Source: a virus (Duplodnaviria; Caudoviricetes). Taken from it: a stretch of 35,574 nt of DNA. Position 1 is the stretch's first letter, and every line of letters starts with the position of its first letter. Positions 8,830 to 18,799 of the stretch are shown piece by piece. The notes beneath the pieces are model-generated. The model was given only the letters and a program-made list of their open reading frames with translations, searched no databases and had not been told where the DNA came from. A program made the position numbers and the translations under genes. The stretch is taken from the IMG/VR virus record IMGVR_UViG_3300037634_001146, positions 1 through 35,574 of that record; one strand, given 5' to 3'.

Positions 8830-11800
8830 TTATAGTTCCTCCCTTAATACTGGTGATATGATCGCCATCTGATTTTCAAGTCTTTGTGATATAATACCAA
8901 ATGCTGAATTAGCTGCGGCGTTTCCAATTGGTACATAAAAGTCTACGTTTGCAGTATCTCCTATTTCAATTGTAACTGGTACTTTGGTACCGTCTACCGC
9001 AGTAGGTCCTATAATTTCTCGTATTCCGCCAAAACTTTTGTACAGATAGGCACCACTTGCGCTTATAGTATCAGTTCCATCATCAAAATATTCACTACCT
9101 AACGCCGTTCTTTGGAAATTAGAGCTTGGCTGTGTTCCTAGGCCTAGAGATATTAATTCGCCGGCCACAAAGTAGGAATCTTCTGGAGGTTCAGATAGAA
9201 GATCAACATCTATTATCACATGTGATATTATTTCTCCTCCTAACGAACCGTCTAGCATTAATTTTGTTGTTATTGCAATAACGGTATCTACAGTTTCGCC
9301 CTGGAAAGTTATATTAGAATCATCACCATTTATCAATTGTACACAGTATTGATGCATATTGGCCTGTGTTATAGTCACAGTCTTTTGTCGTAATGATCTA
9401 GCTACCGCAAATCCATCAAAGTCTGCATTAGATGCAGACATATCACCGGCATGTGTTACTTTGAAATCTGAAGATGAAATAAATAAGTCTTGAGTTGAAT
9501 CATTTATTTCTACACCAGTCGATGTTAAACTATGACCGTCAATAGTAAATCCACCAATGACACCTGCCGTTGATGTTATAGTCCCAGACATGTTAACATC
9601 ACCAGCTGAATTCAAATGAAAATTAGATGATGATATTTCTATATTTCCATTTGCGCCAGATATAAATTGACTAGTTCCACCAAAATAAAATGTCGGAACA
9701 TTCATTGATACTAATGATCCGCTTACTAGTAAAGAACCTTCCGACTCATCCCATTTAAATGCTCCACCGGTGCCTCCTAAATAGAAATCACCTGATGATG
9801 ACATGAATGTTTTAGGTGTAGTACCATTGAAATATCCTAGGAAGCTTGAGTTCATGTTAAGACCAGTATTCACAGTATGTGTACCCAATGTAAATCCATC
9901 ATCTCCACCAAATGCATATGTAGCCGGATTTTCTAATGATGATGTTTGTGCGGCAGTAAGTAAAGATCCGGTATCATCTGGTGTTAAAAATGAACCGGTA
10001 TCAGCCGCGGTAAGTAAAGAGCCAGTATCATCTGATGTTAATAAACTAGAAGTTGCATCATTAGAAACAAAGCCATCAGTTATTGAACCAGTTTGACTAG
10101 GTTGTACAAAATCTGATGCATTGGTTAATGTAATTGAACCTTCTATAGTTAAATTAGTACCATCCCATACAAATTTTTCACCTAAACTAAATTTACCACT
10201 TGAACTAACAAAAAATTTAGTATTGGAATCATCATAGCCGCCATTGCCAATTGATATTGATTGTGACCCAATATTTAAAGCTCCAATTGATCCATATGTA
10301 GCTACTATACCACCTTTTAAGAATGCATTATCTGTATATAAACCGAAACCAGTTACATCTGTGCCATTAATATTATCGGTGATACCGGAAAGGTCTCCTA
10401 ATTGAGCTTTTAAATCTAAATCATAAATACCACTACCGGTACGCTCTACTATTTGTATATAAGGAGTTGCTTGGTCATTCGGATTTGCATTTAATCTAAT
10501 ATACCCTGTTCCAAGTTTACCGGTGGATACTATTACTTGAGAACCGGTATATGATTGTGCTCCACCAGGAGTATTTCCTAACGATCCAGAATCTCCGTCT
10601 ATACCAGAACCATAAGACCTTGTTACATATATTTTACCAGAAAAATCGGTTTCACTATTAGAATTTTTTCTAGATGCCGAGTCAATTTTAAGGTATTCGG
10701 TTTGAAAGCCGGTACTGTTAATTTTTTTAACCGATAATATTTCTCCGGATGTAAATCCAGTCACGTTAACAACAGACATTGTCGTATCTGCAGCTGCATA
10801 TGCCCCTGCAGGATTGTCAATTGATCCTGTAAGAGTAGTTGAGTTAGCAACATATAGTTGACCACCAACAGCATTGACTGTCTCTTTCTCAAATACCGCA
10901 GTTGATAATGTCCCACGTATTCTTGCATTTTCTACTTCTAAAAATCCTCCGGAGGCGGCGGTTAATCGGAATCCTGAGCCGGCTAGATTCGAAACAAATC
11001 CATCAGATTCGATAGTTCCATTATCTCGAATAATCATACTTCCGCCAGTTATTCTATCACTAGCTAATGTCCAACCACCAATTGTTCCGGATGTTGCTTT
11101 TAATGTTCCAGTTTTAGTAACACTAAATGGTGCATCTGCAAAGGTGGCATCACCTAATTGTATTCCATCATCGCCATCTGCTATAAATATATTATCACCA
11201 GTACCTAATGATATACGTTTATTTCCTGGATCAAGAGTAAAGTTTGTTGCAGCTAATGTAGTAGAACTTAATGTAAATCCTCCTATTTTACCACCAGTAA
11301 ATTTAACATCGGATCCCGTTATCTGGCCAGACGATTTTAATCTAAGATTATCATTTGAAGATTTAATTTCTGAAGATGATATCTCAAATCCAGATATTTT
11401 TGCGCCTGTAGTTGAAAAGTCTACAATATAATCACCGGCACCATCTCCGATAAATTTAGCTTCACCGGAACTAGAAATGTATGCCTTTGCATTTGAAGCT
11501 GTAGTGCCGGCTGGAACAAATAGTTGATTTGCGGATAAATCTGCGTTAATGACAGTATCACCTCCTATTACTAATCCACCATCAGGTTTCAAATGAAAAT
11601 TACTAGATGATATTTCTATATTACCTCCGGAACCGCTTACAAACTGATCAGTTGTTGTACCTACAAAGAATTTTTTTGCTCGTACATCAATTCCATTAGT
11701 TGTATCGAATTTAAAGTAACTTGATGAATCTTGTACAATTTCAATTCCCACGCCGGCATAATTATCAGGAGCTGATGGTAAAACAGAACCAGTGTATAAC

Positions 11801-14163
11801 ATAAATCCACCAGGTTGGTCTGTCCTCGAGGCTGATTTAAATCCTTCATATCCAATCGATCTAATATATCCGGAATTAACACCTGCCAATTCAATTCCAG
11901 AACCTATTGTATTTCCAATAAAAACCGAACCTGATAATAAATTATTATTTCCTCCAATTAATAAATTATCTCCATAAAATGTTACTGGATAAACTGATGT
12001 TTCAGCTTGCGCTTTATTATTATTTATATCATAATAAAGGAATTTAAATGTTAATGGCGTTTCTAAAAACTCAGTAGGAATTCTAGTATTTATTCTTGTA
12101 TAATTTGGAGAAAATCCTGTCTGTTTATCTGATTTTAAGCTAATATTTGATAATGCCCATACACCGCTCCGTACTACAAAATATACATCAATATTTTCTT
12201 GTTTTAATGCTTTAAATGATATTAATGCCGGTATTTCATTAAATTGAGTGCCTTCTGTTGCTTCAATTGTAGCTACGCGTATACCCAATGATCCGTTATC
12301 GGCTAAATCTACAGGTATACTATCAGCGACATTTATATCAGATATTAAATATCGATTAATATATTCTGAATCAGGTTGTATAGACGCATTACTACCTGAT
12401 ATATAAATATCAAGTCGAGAATTTTGTATTAAGGAATGGTCCGATCCAGATATATCATTAGCAAATGCGTTCAATGACATCATATATCTAGTATTTTCAT
12501 ATACTTTTGGATGATATTCCGATTTTAAATGTAAATATCCAAATCGATTGTCTGTTGCATTAAAACTAGTATCTGGTATTAATTGTACAGCATCTAATAA
12601 TATATCAGGCTTATATGTAGTTGTTAATGCAATGTCTGGTGTGATTGACCCATTTGTAGTTTCCCAATATGAACTAAAATCAGATAAACTAGTAAAATAA
12701 CCTATACGATTATAAACCATTCCAATTGATTGTATATTTTCATATGACGTCACATCTTCTAATATTTCAACTTGTTCTATATTAACATATCCGGCATCTA
12801 CAAAATCACCAAATTGTCCAGCTGGTTTATATAATGTTTGTATTTTATATACATCACCGGTAGCCGGTTCGATATTTGATAATACAATTTCTGCAAATGA
12901 TTGCGATTGTTCAGTTTCAGATAATACAAATGGTTCGGTATAACTACACGTGAAATTTAATGTAGCATTAATATCTTTTATAATATAATCAGATTGGGCG
13001 CCGATAGTTTTAAATGAAAATGCACCGTATGTATTTTCTTCGACATTTTTAAAGCCGGAAGTTAAAAATACATTTGCCTTTGTAGTTGATAATATTGTAT
13101 CGATAACAAATGTATAACTCCCAGAAAGTTGTATAGACGTATTTCCTAAATTATAATCAGTAGTACCATACTGATCAGTTGTAGCTTGTGATGAAGGTAT
13201 AAGTTGTCCAAGATCATTAATCATACTATTACCTTGAAGCAAATCAACGAATGGATTAACAATTGTTATAGAACCTCCTTCCATGGAAGATGATAATGAA
13301 AATCCAACAGTTTCTAATCGACTAAATGCTGATATTGTAACAATTTCTGCACTCTCTACTTCTAATGGTTCATTTGTTTCACTAGTAGCAGTCACTGCTG
13401 GGGTTACTACTACTTGTTTTCCTATAGATGACATTGGTGTATTAGGAGAAGCTGCGCCTTCATAATTTAATTGACTATTTACATCTGCACCTTTAGGAGC
13501 TGAAATGTAACTTACGGCTGGCTGAGTAACCGCAGGAAGCGCTTTTATGATTACCGTACCAGTACCATTTCGGTTAACTGCTACATCTGTTAAATTTACT
13601 GGTTTAAAAAATTTATTTACACGTTCACGTACAGCTGCTTTAGGATATGGTCGTGTAAAAATTATTTCTGTATTATTTTTTGAATTTTCCGGTGCTATAG
13701 GTATACTACGTGACCATAATACATTTGGAAGATTATAATAATTTTCATTGTTAAAATCTCGACTAAATGTAATCGGAGCTCCGGTATCTACATCTATTTT
13801 AGATCGCCCGGCTATATAAACTTTACCAATACCCGGTGCGGTTTTCTTTGGAAATATGTAGATTGAAATAACACGAGTTCCGTCATGTTCTAGATAATTT
13901 AATGGTTCAAAATACACGGGATCGCCGTTAGAATCTAATATTTCAATATGAATTTTTGAATCTTTAACTAATGTATTTGAATTATTAGCACGAAGTTTTA
14001 TTAAGTTTTTCCCAGCTGTGAAGCGAGATGGAAATTCAATAATATCAAAAATTCCATCGGATGTTAATGATGAATCATGAAATTTTATCGTAGGATAATT
14101 TTCTAAATCAATTTTTGTAACACGTTTTTCAAGCTGTCCTTGATTCCACGTTCCTGTAGCCAT
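8830..14163 (-). CDS. Large tail fibre/tail-associated structural protein (1777 aa)
   Basis: Gly/Ser/Thr-rich C-terminal half with GxIGG[FW]xI repeats typical of phage fibre shafts; adjacent to the S74 chaperone. Confidence 0.75.
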   Translation of the reverse strand: MATGTWNQGQLEKRVTKIDLENYPTIKFHDSSLTSDGIFDIIEFPSRFTAGKNLIKLRANNSNTLVKDSKIHIEILDSNGDPVYFEPLNYLEHDGTRVISIYIFPKKTAPGIGKVYIAGRSKIDVDTGAPITFSRDFNNENYYNLPNVLWSRSIPIAPENSKNNTEIIFTRPYPKAAVRERVNKFFKPVNLTDVAVNRNGTGTVIIKALPAVTQPAVSYISAPKGADVNSQLNYEGAASPNTPMSSIGKQVVVTPAVTATSETNEPLEVESAEIVTISAFSRLETVGFSLSSSMEGGSITIVNPFVDLLQGNSMINDLGQLIPSSQATTDQYGTTDYNLGNTSIQLSGSYTFVIDTILSTTKANVFLTSGFKNVEENTYGAFSFKTIGAQSDYIIKDINATLNFTCSYTEPFVLSETEQSQSFAEIVLSNIEPATGDVYKIQTLYKPAGQFGDFVDAGYVNIEQVEILEDVTSYENIQSIGMVYNRIGYFTSLSDFSSYWETTNGSITPDIALTTTYKPDILLDAVQLIPDTSFNATDNRFGYLHLKSEYHPKVYENTRYMMSLNAFANDISGSDHSLIQNSRLDIYISGSNASIQPDSEYINRYLISDINVADSIPVDLADNGSLGIRVATIEATEGTQFNEIPALISFKALKQENIDVYFVVRSGVWALSNISLKSDKQTGFSPNYTRINTRIPTEFLETPLTFKFLYYDINNNKAQAETSVYPVTFYGDNLLIGGNNNLLSGSVFIGNTIGSGIELAGVNSGYIRSIGYEGFKSASRTDQPGGFMLYTGSVLPSAPDNYAGVGIEIVQDSSSYFKFDTTNGIDVRAKKFFVGTTTDQFVSGSGGNIEISSSNFHLKPDGGLVIGGDTVINADLSANQLFVPAGTTASNAKAYISSSGEAKFIGDGAGDYIVDFSTTGAKISGFEISSSEIKSSNDNLRLKSSGQITGSDVKFTGGKIGGFTLSSTTLAATNFTLDPGNKRISLGTGDNIFIADGDDGIQLGDATFADAPFSVTKTGTLKATSGTIGGWTLASDRITGGSMIIRDNGTIESDGFVSNLAGSGFRLTAASGGFLEVENARIRGTLSTAVFEKETVNAVGGQLYVANSTTLTGSIDNPAGAYAAADTTMSVVNVTGFTSGEILSVKKINSTGFQTEYLKIDSASRKNSNSETDFSGKIYVTRSYGSGIDGDSGSLGNTPGGAQSYTGSQVIVSTGKLGTGYIRLNANPNDQATPYIQIVERTGSGIYDLDLKAQLGDLSGITDNINGTDVTGFGLYTDNAFLKGGIVATYGSIGALNIGSQSISIGNGGYDDSNTKFFVSSSGKFSLGEKFVWDGTNLTIEGSITLTNASDFVQPSQTGSITDGFVSNDATSSLLTSDDTGSLLTAADTGSFLTPDDTGSLLTAAQTSSLENPATYAFGGDDGFTLGTHTVNTGLNMNSSFLGYFNGTTPKTFMSSSGDFYLGGTGGAFKWDESEGSLLVSGSLVSMNVPTFYFGGTSQFISGANGNIEISSSNFHLNSAGDVNMSGTITSTAGVIGGFTIDGHSLTSTGVEINDSTQDLFISSSDFKVTHAGDMSASNADFDGFAVARSLRQKTVTITQANMHQYCVQLINGDDSNITFQGETVDTVIAITTKLMLDGSLGGEIISHVIIDVDLLSEPPEDSYFVAGELISLGLGTQPSSNFQRTALGSEYFDDGTDTISASGAYLYKSFGGIREIIGPTAVDGTKVPVTIEIGDTANVDFYVPIGNAAANSAFGIISQRLENQMAIISPVLREEL
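9934..10063 (-). repeat. In-frame 27-bp (9-aa) tandem repeat, about 4-5 copies
   Basis: Protein reads TSSLLTSDD/TGSLLTAAD/TGSFLTPDD/TGSLLTAAQ/TSSL; DNA units such as gtaagtaaagatccggtatcatctggt and gtaagtaaagagccagtatcatctgat. Confidence 0.85.
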
Positions 14164-14180
14164 ACGTTACCTTCATTTCA

Positions 14181-14189
14181 TATAAATAT
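14181..14189 (-). promoter_or_regulatory. ATATTTATW motif (putative late promoter)
   Basis: ATATTTATA, 17 nt before the ATG at 14163. Confidence 0.6.
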
Positions 14190-17100
14190 TAGGCATAGGC
14201 AATTTCAGAATATCCGTTAACTTTTTTAATTTCTACTAATTTATCTACAATATCACGCATCGCGTCAATATGAGATATACACATGATAAATCCAAATTGT
14301 GATTTTAAATAATCAAATAACATGTACATTGAATTTAAATTATCAGAATCTAAAACACCAAACCCTTCATCTATAGCTAAAAAATTTGGTCTAGGTAAAT
14401 TTGATACATTGATTAATGAAGTACGAATAGCCAAAGATGAAATAAATTTTTCCATTCCGGAAGTTAATTCTAATGGCCAATAATTATCATCATCATAAAC
14501 AATATAAGCATTTATATTCTTACCATCGGTATCCATTACCATGGTAAAGTCAACTATTTGATTAAGTATATTATTTATTTCAGATTCTATTTGTGGTAAT
14601 GCTTTTGATATTAAATGATATGGGACGCCATCGCGATTGACTGCTTTTTGATAATATTCATAAGCTTGATATTGTTGTTCTAATGTTTTTAATCTGTTAA
14701 TACCTGTTTCAGCATCTTCACGGCTCTTTTCAGCCATTTTTAATTTACCAGATAAATTTAATAATTTAGAATCTAATCCATTTAATTCAAAATTAACTGT
14801 TGATATTTCATCTCTTATTTCTTCAATTTCAGAATTTTTCTTTTTATTAAACTCGATATTATCTTTTTGATTTTGTGCCTTTGTTAATTGTTTTTTATAA
14901 TCAGAAATTTTAACAAATAACGTTTCAATATCCCATTCACATTTACTATGATCATGTTCCATTGTAGCTAACAATTGATTCCATTTATTAACATCAGATT
15001 TAAATGCATTTAATAAATCTATCTTTTCACGTGGTTGATCTTTTAATAAATCGGCTATTTTATTTCCAATATCATCAATATCAAATAATATTTGCTGTTC
15101 TTCATCAATTAATTTTGGTAATAAATCTGCAACTTGTTTAGTTTCATGTAGCCATGGATTGGCCATACAAAATTTACATTCTGGATCCCATTCATGTTTA
15201 TCTAATTTAGATACCATTTTTTGAGCATGCTGAATTTTAAGTTGTTTAAATTTTAAATCGTTATTAAATAGCACGACATCTAATTTATATGTTTTAATAT
15301 TTTCTAATTGTGCTACTAATTTATCTTCGTCAACTGAATCTATTTTAGATTGTGTATTATTTATTAAGTCTTTTTTAGATACTATCATGCCAGTTTTCTG
15401 ATCTCTATCTTGTATATATTCTTGTAACTGTATTTTAGCTTGTTCAATTTTATTTAAGATGGTCTCTGGATCTAATGTTTCATCAACTTTTTTTAATTCC
15501 CTTGTCATGACAAAAATGATATCATTCAAATCTGTTTTCATTTTTTCATGTTCAGTTTTATCTATTTTCATTTGTTCATATGAACCGGTAAATTGAGATA
15601 TAACATCCTTTGCTAATGATAAATCTGTTGAAAAATCTTTTCTTTTATATTCACGAATTAAAGCCGCGGTCTCTCTAATATCTTCGTGTCCGATTAAATA
15701 TTGTTTTTCAAATATATCTAAATCTAAAAATTGAGATAAAAGATCTTTACGTTCTCTTTGTGTTTTATCAATGAACCCAGTATTATTATTTTGTAATGAT
15801 AATGCAGTTAACACAAAATCTTCATATGACCCTAAATATTGTTTTATACTTTTATTTGTAGAATCTCGCTGTTCCCCGTTTAAACTTTCATGATTGCCAG
15901 ATTCATCAATCCGCCAAAAATCTACATTTAATTTAACATGGCCATTACTTTGTTTCTTTGCTTTACGTTCAATAAAATACGTATATTTTCCTAAATCGAA
16001 TTCAAATTTACATTGGAAATTAGATTTTTTATTATTTAATACATGTGCTGCTTTTTTTGTTCGCGAACATTTATCAAAACAACAAAATGCTAATGCATCT
16101 AACAACGTCGATTTACCAGAAGCATTTGGAGCAAATAATCCATATGTTCCATTCATATTTGAAAAATCTATAGAATTATTTGTACCATAACTAAACATGT
16201 TCGAGAACTCAAAACGTTTTGGTGTCCATGTTATATTTCTAGTTAATGTACTTGTTGGTAATTTACTATGTACTTGTCTATTAATATACCTAACAGTATC
16301 TAATAATTCATCATCTAAAGCATATTCATCTGTTAAATAATCTGTAATTACTTTATTTTGCCATTCAACATCGCGTATATTACCAAAATTAATTTTATTT
16401 TTTGAATCAGTAGTATTTAATGCATTAACTTTTTGTAATACAATATCCTGTACTTTATATCGAGATTTAACATCTGCAATAATACGTTTTAATGTTGCTG
16501 AGTCGGTATCTTTTACTTTAAATCTTAATCTAGGACGTAATGGTATTTTATCACTAAGATTTGTTATTTTACCAGCTTCTACTAGAAACGTATAATATCC
16601 ATAATCATTTTCTATTTCAATAAAATTAGATTTTTTAGATTCTAAATCCCATACCATTATTCCATGGCCTAAAACTTCTCCATGATTTTGCTGAATTAAT
16701 GAACCTGCATATGCAACTGTTTTATCATCATCTAAAAATTGTGGCTTATGAATATCTCCTAATAAAACTAGATCATGTCCTTTAAACATTTCAGTCGTTA
16801 CATGTGTATTACTTAATACAAATCCAGCATCTGTTGATGCGTTATGTACCGAACCGTGATGTAATGCAATTTTATAATCACCTTCAAAACTGTCAGCTTT
16901 TATGTAATCTGCAGGCTTGTCAAACACCGACATTACGTTAAAGTGTACTCCGGCCATACTATATACACCGTTATCTTTAAGATAGTGTAAGTTTTGATGA
17001 TTTAAGGCTTTAACTATAGGAGATAAGGCATCTAAGCGATAGTTGTTATTTAGGTTACAATCATGATTTCCGGTAATTACAATTGTAGGCGCAATATCAG

Positions 17101-17341
17101 CCAATTGTTTAAAGAAATCAGATACTACAGATACTAATTCTGGTGACATATCCGTCTTTGCATGTACAATATCACCTGCTATGTATATTAAAGAATCATC
17201 TGTTTTTGTTTTCTTAATATACGAATATAAACGATTAAACACCAGTTTATATTCTTTATGACGTTTAACATTTCTAACATGTACATCTGCAATATGGTAA
17301 ATTTTACCGATCTTCTCTATTCCAATATCTATATGCTGCAT
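14189..17341 (-). CDS. Fused SbcD/Mre11 nuclease - SbcC/Rad50 ATPase (T4 gp47-gp46-like)
   Basis: Phosphoesterase motifs HIADVH, GDIVH, GNHD, HHG, GDIH; Walker A APNASGKST; coiled coil with CKFC zinc hook; signature TSGME; Walker B AIDEGF; H-loop ISH. Confidence 0.92.
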   Translation of the reverse strand: MQHIDIGIEKIGKIYHIADVHVRNVKRHKEYKLVFNRLYSYIKKTKTDDSLIYIAGDIVHAKTDMSPELVSVVSDFFKQLADIAPTIVITGNHDCNLNNNYRLDALSPIVKALNHQNLHYLKDNGVYSMAGVHFNVMSVFDKPADYIKADSFEGDYKIALHHGSVHNASTDAGFVLSNTHVTTEMFKGHDLVLLGDIHKPQFLDDDKTVAYAGSLIQQNHGEVLGHGIMVWDLESKKSNFIEIENDYGYYTFLVEAGKITNLSDKIPLRPRLRFKVKDTDSATLKRIIADVKSRYKVQDIVLQKVNALNTTDSKNKINFGNIRDVEWQNKVITDYLTDEYALDDELLDTVRYINRQVHSKLPTSTLTRNITWTPKRFEFSNMFSYGTNNSIDFSNMNGTYGLFAPNASGKSTLLDALAFCCFDKCSRTKKAAHVLNNKKSNFQCKFEFDLGKYTYFIERKAKKQSNGHVKLNVDFWRIDESGNHESLNGEQRDSTNKSIKQYLGSYEDFVLTALSLQNNNTGFIDKTQRERKDLLSQFLDLDIFEKQYLIGHEDIRETAALIREYKRKDFSTDLSLAKDVISQFTGSYEQMKIDKTEHEKMKTDLNDIIFVMTRELKKVDETLDPETILNKIEQAKIQLQEYIQDRDQKTGMIVSKKDLINNTQSKIDSVDEDKLVAQLENIKTYKLDVVLFNNDLKFKQLKIQHAQKMVSKLDKHEWDPECKFCMANPWLHETKQVADLLPKLIDEEQQILFDIDDIGNKIADLLKDQPREKIDLLNAFKSDVNKWNQLLATMEHDHSKCEWDIETLFVKISDYKKQLTKAQNQKDNIEFNKKKNSEIEEIRDEISTVNFELNGLDSKLLNLSGKLKMAEKSREDAETGINRLKTLEQQYQAYEYYQKAVNRDGVPYHLISKALPQIESEINNILNQIVDFTMVMDTDGKNINAYIVYDDDNYWPLELTSGMEKFISSLAIRTSLINVSNLPRPNFLAIDEGFGVLDSDNLNSMYMLFDYLKSQFGFIMCISHIDAMRDIVDKLVEIKKVNGYSEIAYA

Positions 17342-18252
17342 AATATTTTCTGTTCCATTAATTTTTCTGATGTTAACATACTAGTATGTTCAATTTCATA
17401 TTTTATTCGTTTAAATCCTAATTCGCTTGGATCTGATTCGGTTAAATCCACAAAATATACTTCTAGACCATTTGCCATAAAATATTCAGCTGCTTCTAAA
17501 GCTTGTTTGCGCGCATCTTGATCTAAACAAATATATATTTCTCTTACGCCTTTTTCTACAATACGTTTTTTAAGAGTATTTGATATTGTTTTACCAAATA
17601 ATGGAATTACATTTCGTTTAATTGCAATCGCATCAAATGCACCTTCTACTAAAATAATTGGCATATTCCAATTTATATGCAATTCAAAGCCTATAATATC
17701 TTTTGATACATTTGGATTCTTATGTTTGTAATCAGTATCATAATATGCACGTCCTACAAAATAATTTAAACTACCATTTGCATCATAACTCGGAATAATA
17801 ATTTTTCCAGTGTATAATCCTCGCGTACAATATCCAATTCTATATTTAAGTATATCATATATAGTAATACCTCTATTCTTTAAATAATATATAGCATTAC
17901 GATATTCAGGTGATTTTGTATTAATTTTCCATAATGGAATAAATTCCTCAGGTAATTGTACTACTGGGGTATTAGTAGTAGTTCGTTTAGGTCGATATTC
18001 AACATCATCAAGTAATTGAATTAATCGTGATATTTTTTCTCTCTGAACGTTTAATTTACGAAATAATATAGTTAATTTTCTGCCGGCAGCATTACATACC
18101 CAGCAATGCCAATGTTGAGAAACGACATTAACTTCCATTTTCTTTTTAGTAGTAGGGCAAAAAGGACAATGAAATGCGATATTATCATTCGAATTTATTT
18201 TACCTTTACCTAATACGGATTCTAAAAGTGTAATTATAGAAAATTTACTCAT
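17329..18252 (-). CDS. DNA primase (zinc-binding domain + TOPRIM)
   Basis: CPFC...CWVC zinc ribbon, YLKNRGI, IIIP, FVGR, LVEGAFDA and the DQD TOPRIM motif. Confidence 0.9.
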   Translation of the reverse strand: MSKFSIITLLESVLGKGKINSNDNIAFHCPFCPTTKKKMEVNVVSQHWHCWVCNAAGRKLTILFRKLNVQREKISRLIQLLDDVEYRPKRTTTNTPVVQLPEEFIPLWKINTKSPEYRNAIYYLKNRGITIYDILKYRIGYCTRGLYTGKIIIPSYDANGSLNYFVGRAYYDTDYKHKNPNVSKDIIGFELHINWNMPIILVEGAFDAIAIKRNVIPLFGKTISNTLKKRIVEKGVREIYICLDQDARKQALEAAEYFMANGLEVYFVDLTESDPSELGFKRIKYEIEHTSMLTSEKLMEQKILCSI

Positions 18253-18339
18253 TAATATTATATTAATATATTAGCATTGTCATCACTATAACAATGTTTC
18301 ATTTCAAGATTAACTTTCATGAAAATTTAATTATAATTG

Positions 18340-18368
18340 AATATATCAAAAATATTTCGTAAGGTCAA
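18340..18368 (-). promoter_or_regulatory. Sigma70-like promoter TTGACC-N17-TATATT upstream of primase
   Basis: -35 at 18363-18368 and -10 at 18340-18345, exact 17-nt spacer. Confidence 0.6.
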
Positions 18369-18772
18369 GTTTTTAACCAACTTTCTGGTATACTTTTTTC
18401 CGCCCACGGGATTCCATGTTTATCACAAAAATCTCCATATGTAGTTTTAGAACCTTTTCTGATTTTTGTACGAGCTGATTGAAATACAATTCGTATATCT
18501 AATTCTGGATGTTGTTTTTTAATTAACAAATGCTTTTTACGATCTTCTAACACCCACCTACCTTTTGTTTCTATTAAAATACCATTTGGTAAAGTAAAAT
18601 CGATTGTATATGTGTGTTTTGTTTCCGGTTTAATATAAGGTATTACTGTATCCTCGTAACCATATTTAATCTCTGCCTCTGTTAATTGATCTGATACTCG
18701 ATGTTCAAATCCACTTCTATAACCATGTTTAATTGCGTTCGCACGTATCTTAGATTTACGTCTCCATGCCAT
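18365..18772 (-). CDS. T7 endonuclease I-like Holliday junction resolvase
   Basis: YRSGFE, YTIDFTLPNGILIETKGRW (PD-(D/E)xK), DRKKHLLIKKQHPELDIR. Confidence 0.9.
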   Translation of the reverse strand: MAWRRKSKIRANAIKHGYRSGFEHRVSDQLTEAEIKYGYEDTVIPYIKPETKHTYTIDFTLPNGILIETKGRWVLEDRKKHLLIKKQHPELDIRIVFQSARTKIRKGSKTTYGDFCDKHGIPWAEKSIPESWLKT

Positions 18773-18789
18773 AACTAATTCCTATTTAA

Positions 18790-18798
18790 TATAAATAT
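18790..18798 (-). promoter_or_regulatory. ATATTTATW motif (putative late promoter)
   Basis: ATATTTATA, 17 nt before the ATG at 18772; AGGA RBS. Confidence 0.6.
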
Positions 18799-18799
18799 A

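Noticed and set aside
8830-9400. Diversity-generating retroelement target at the fibre C-terminus
   Set aside because: No reverse transcriptase or template/variable repeat pair is visible in the window.
9934-10063. Possible CRISPR-like array
   Set aside because: The units are contiguous, degenerate, in-frame coding repeats without unique spacers, and no cas genes are present.
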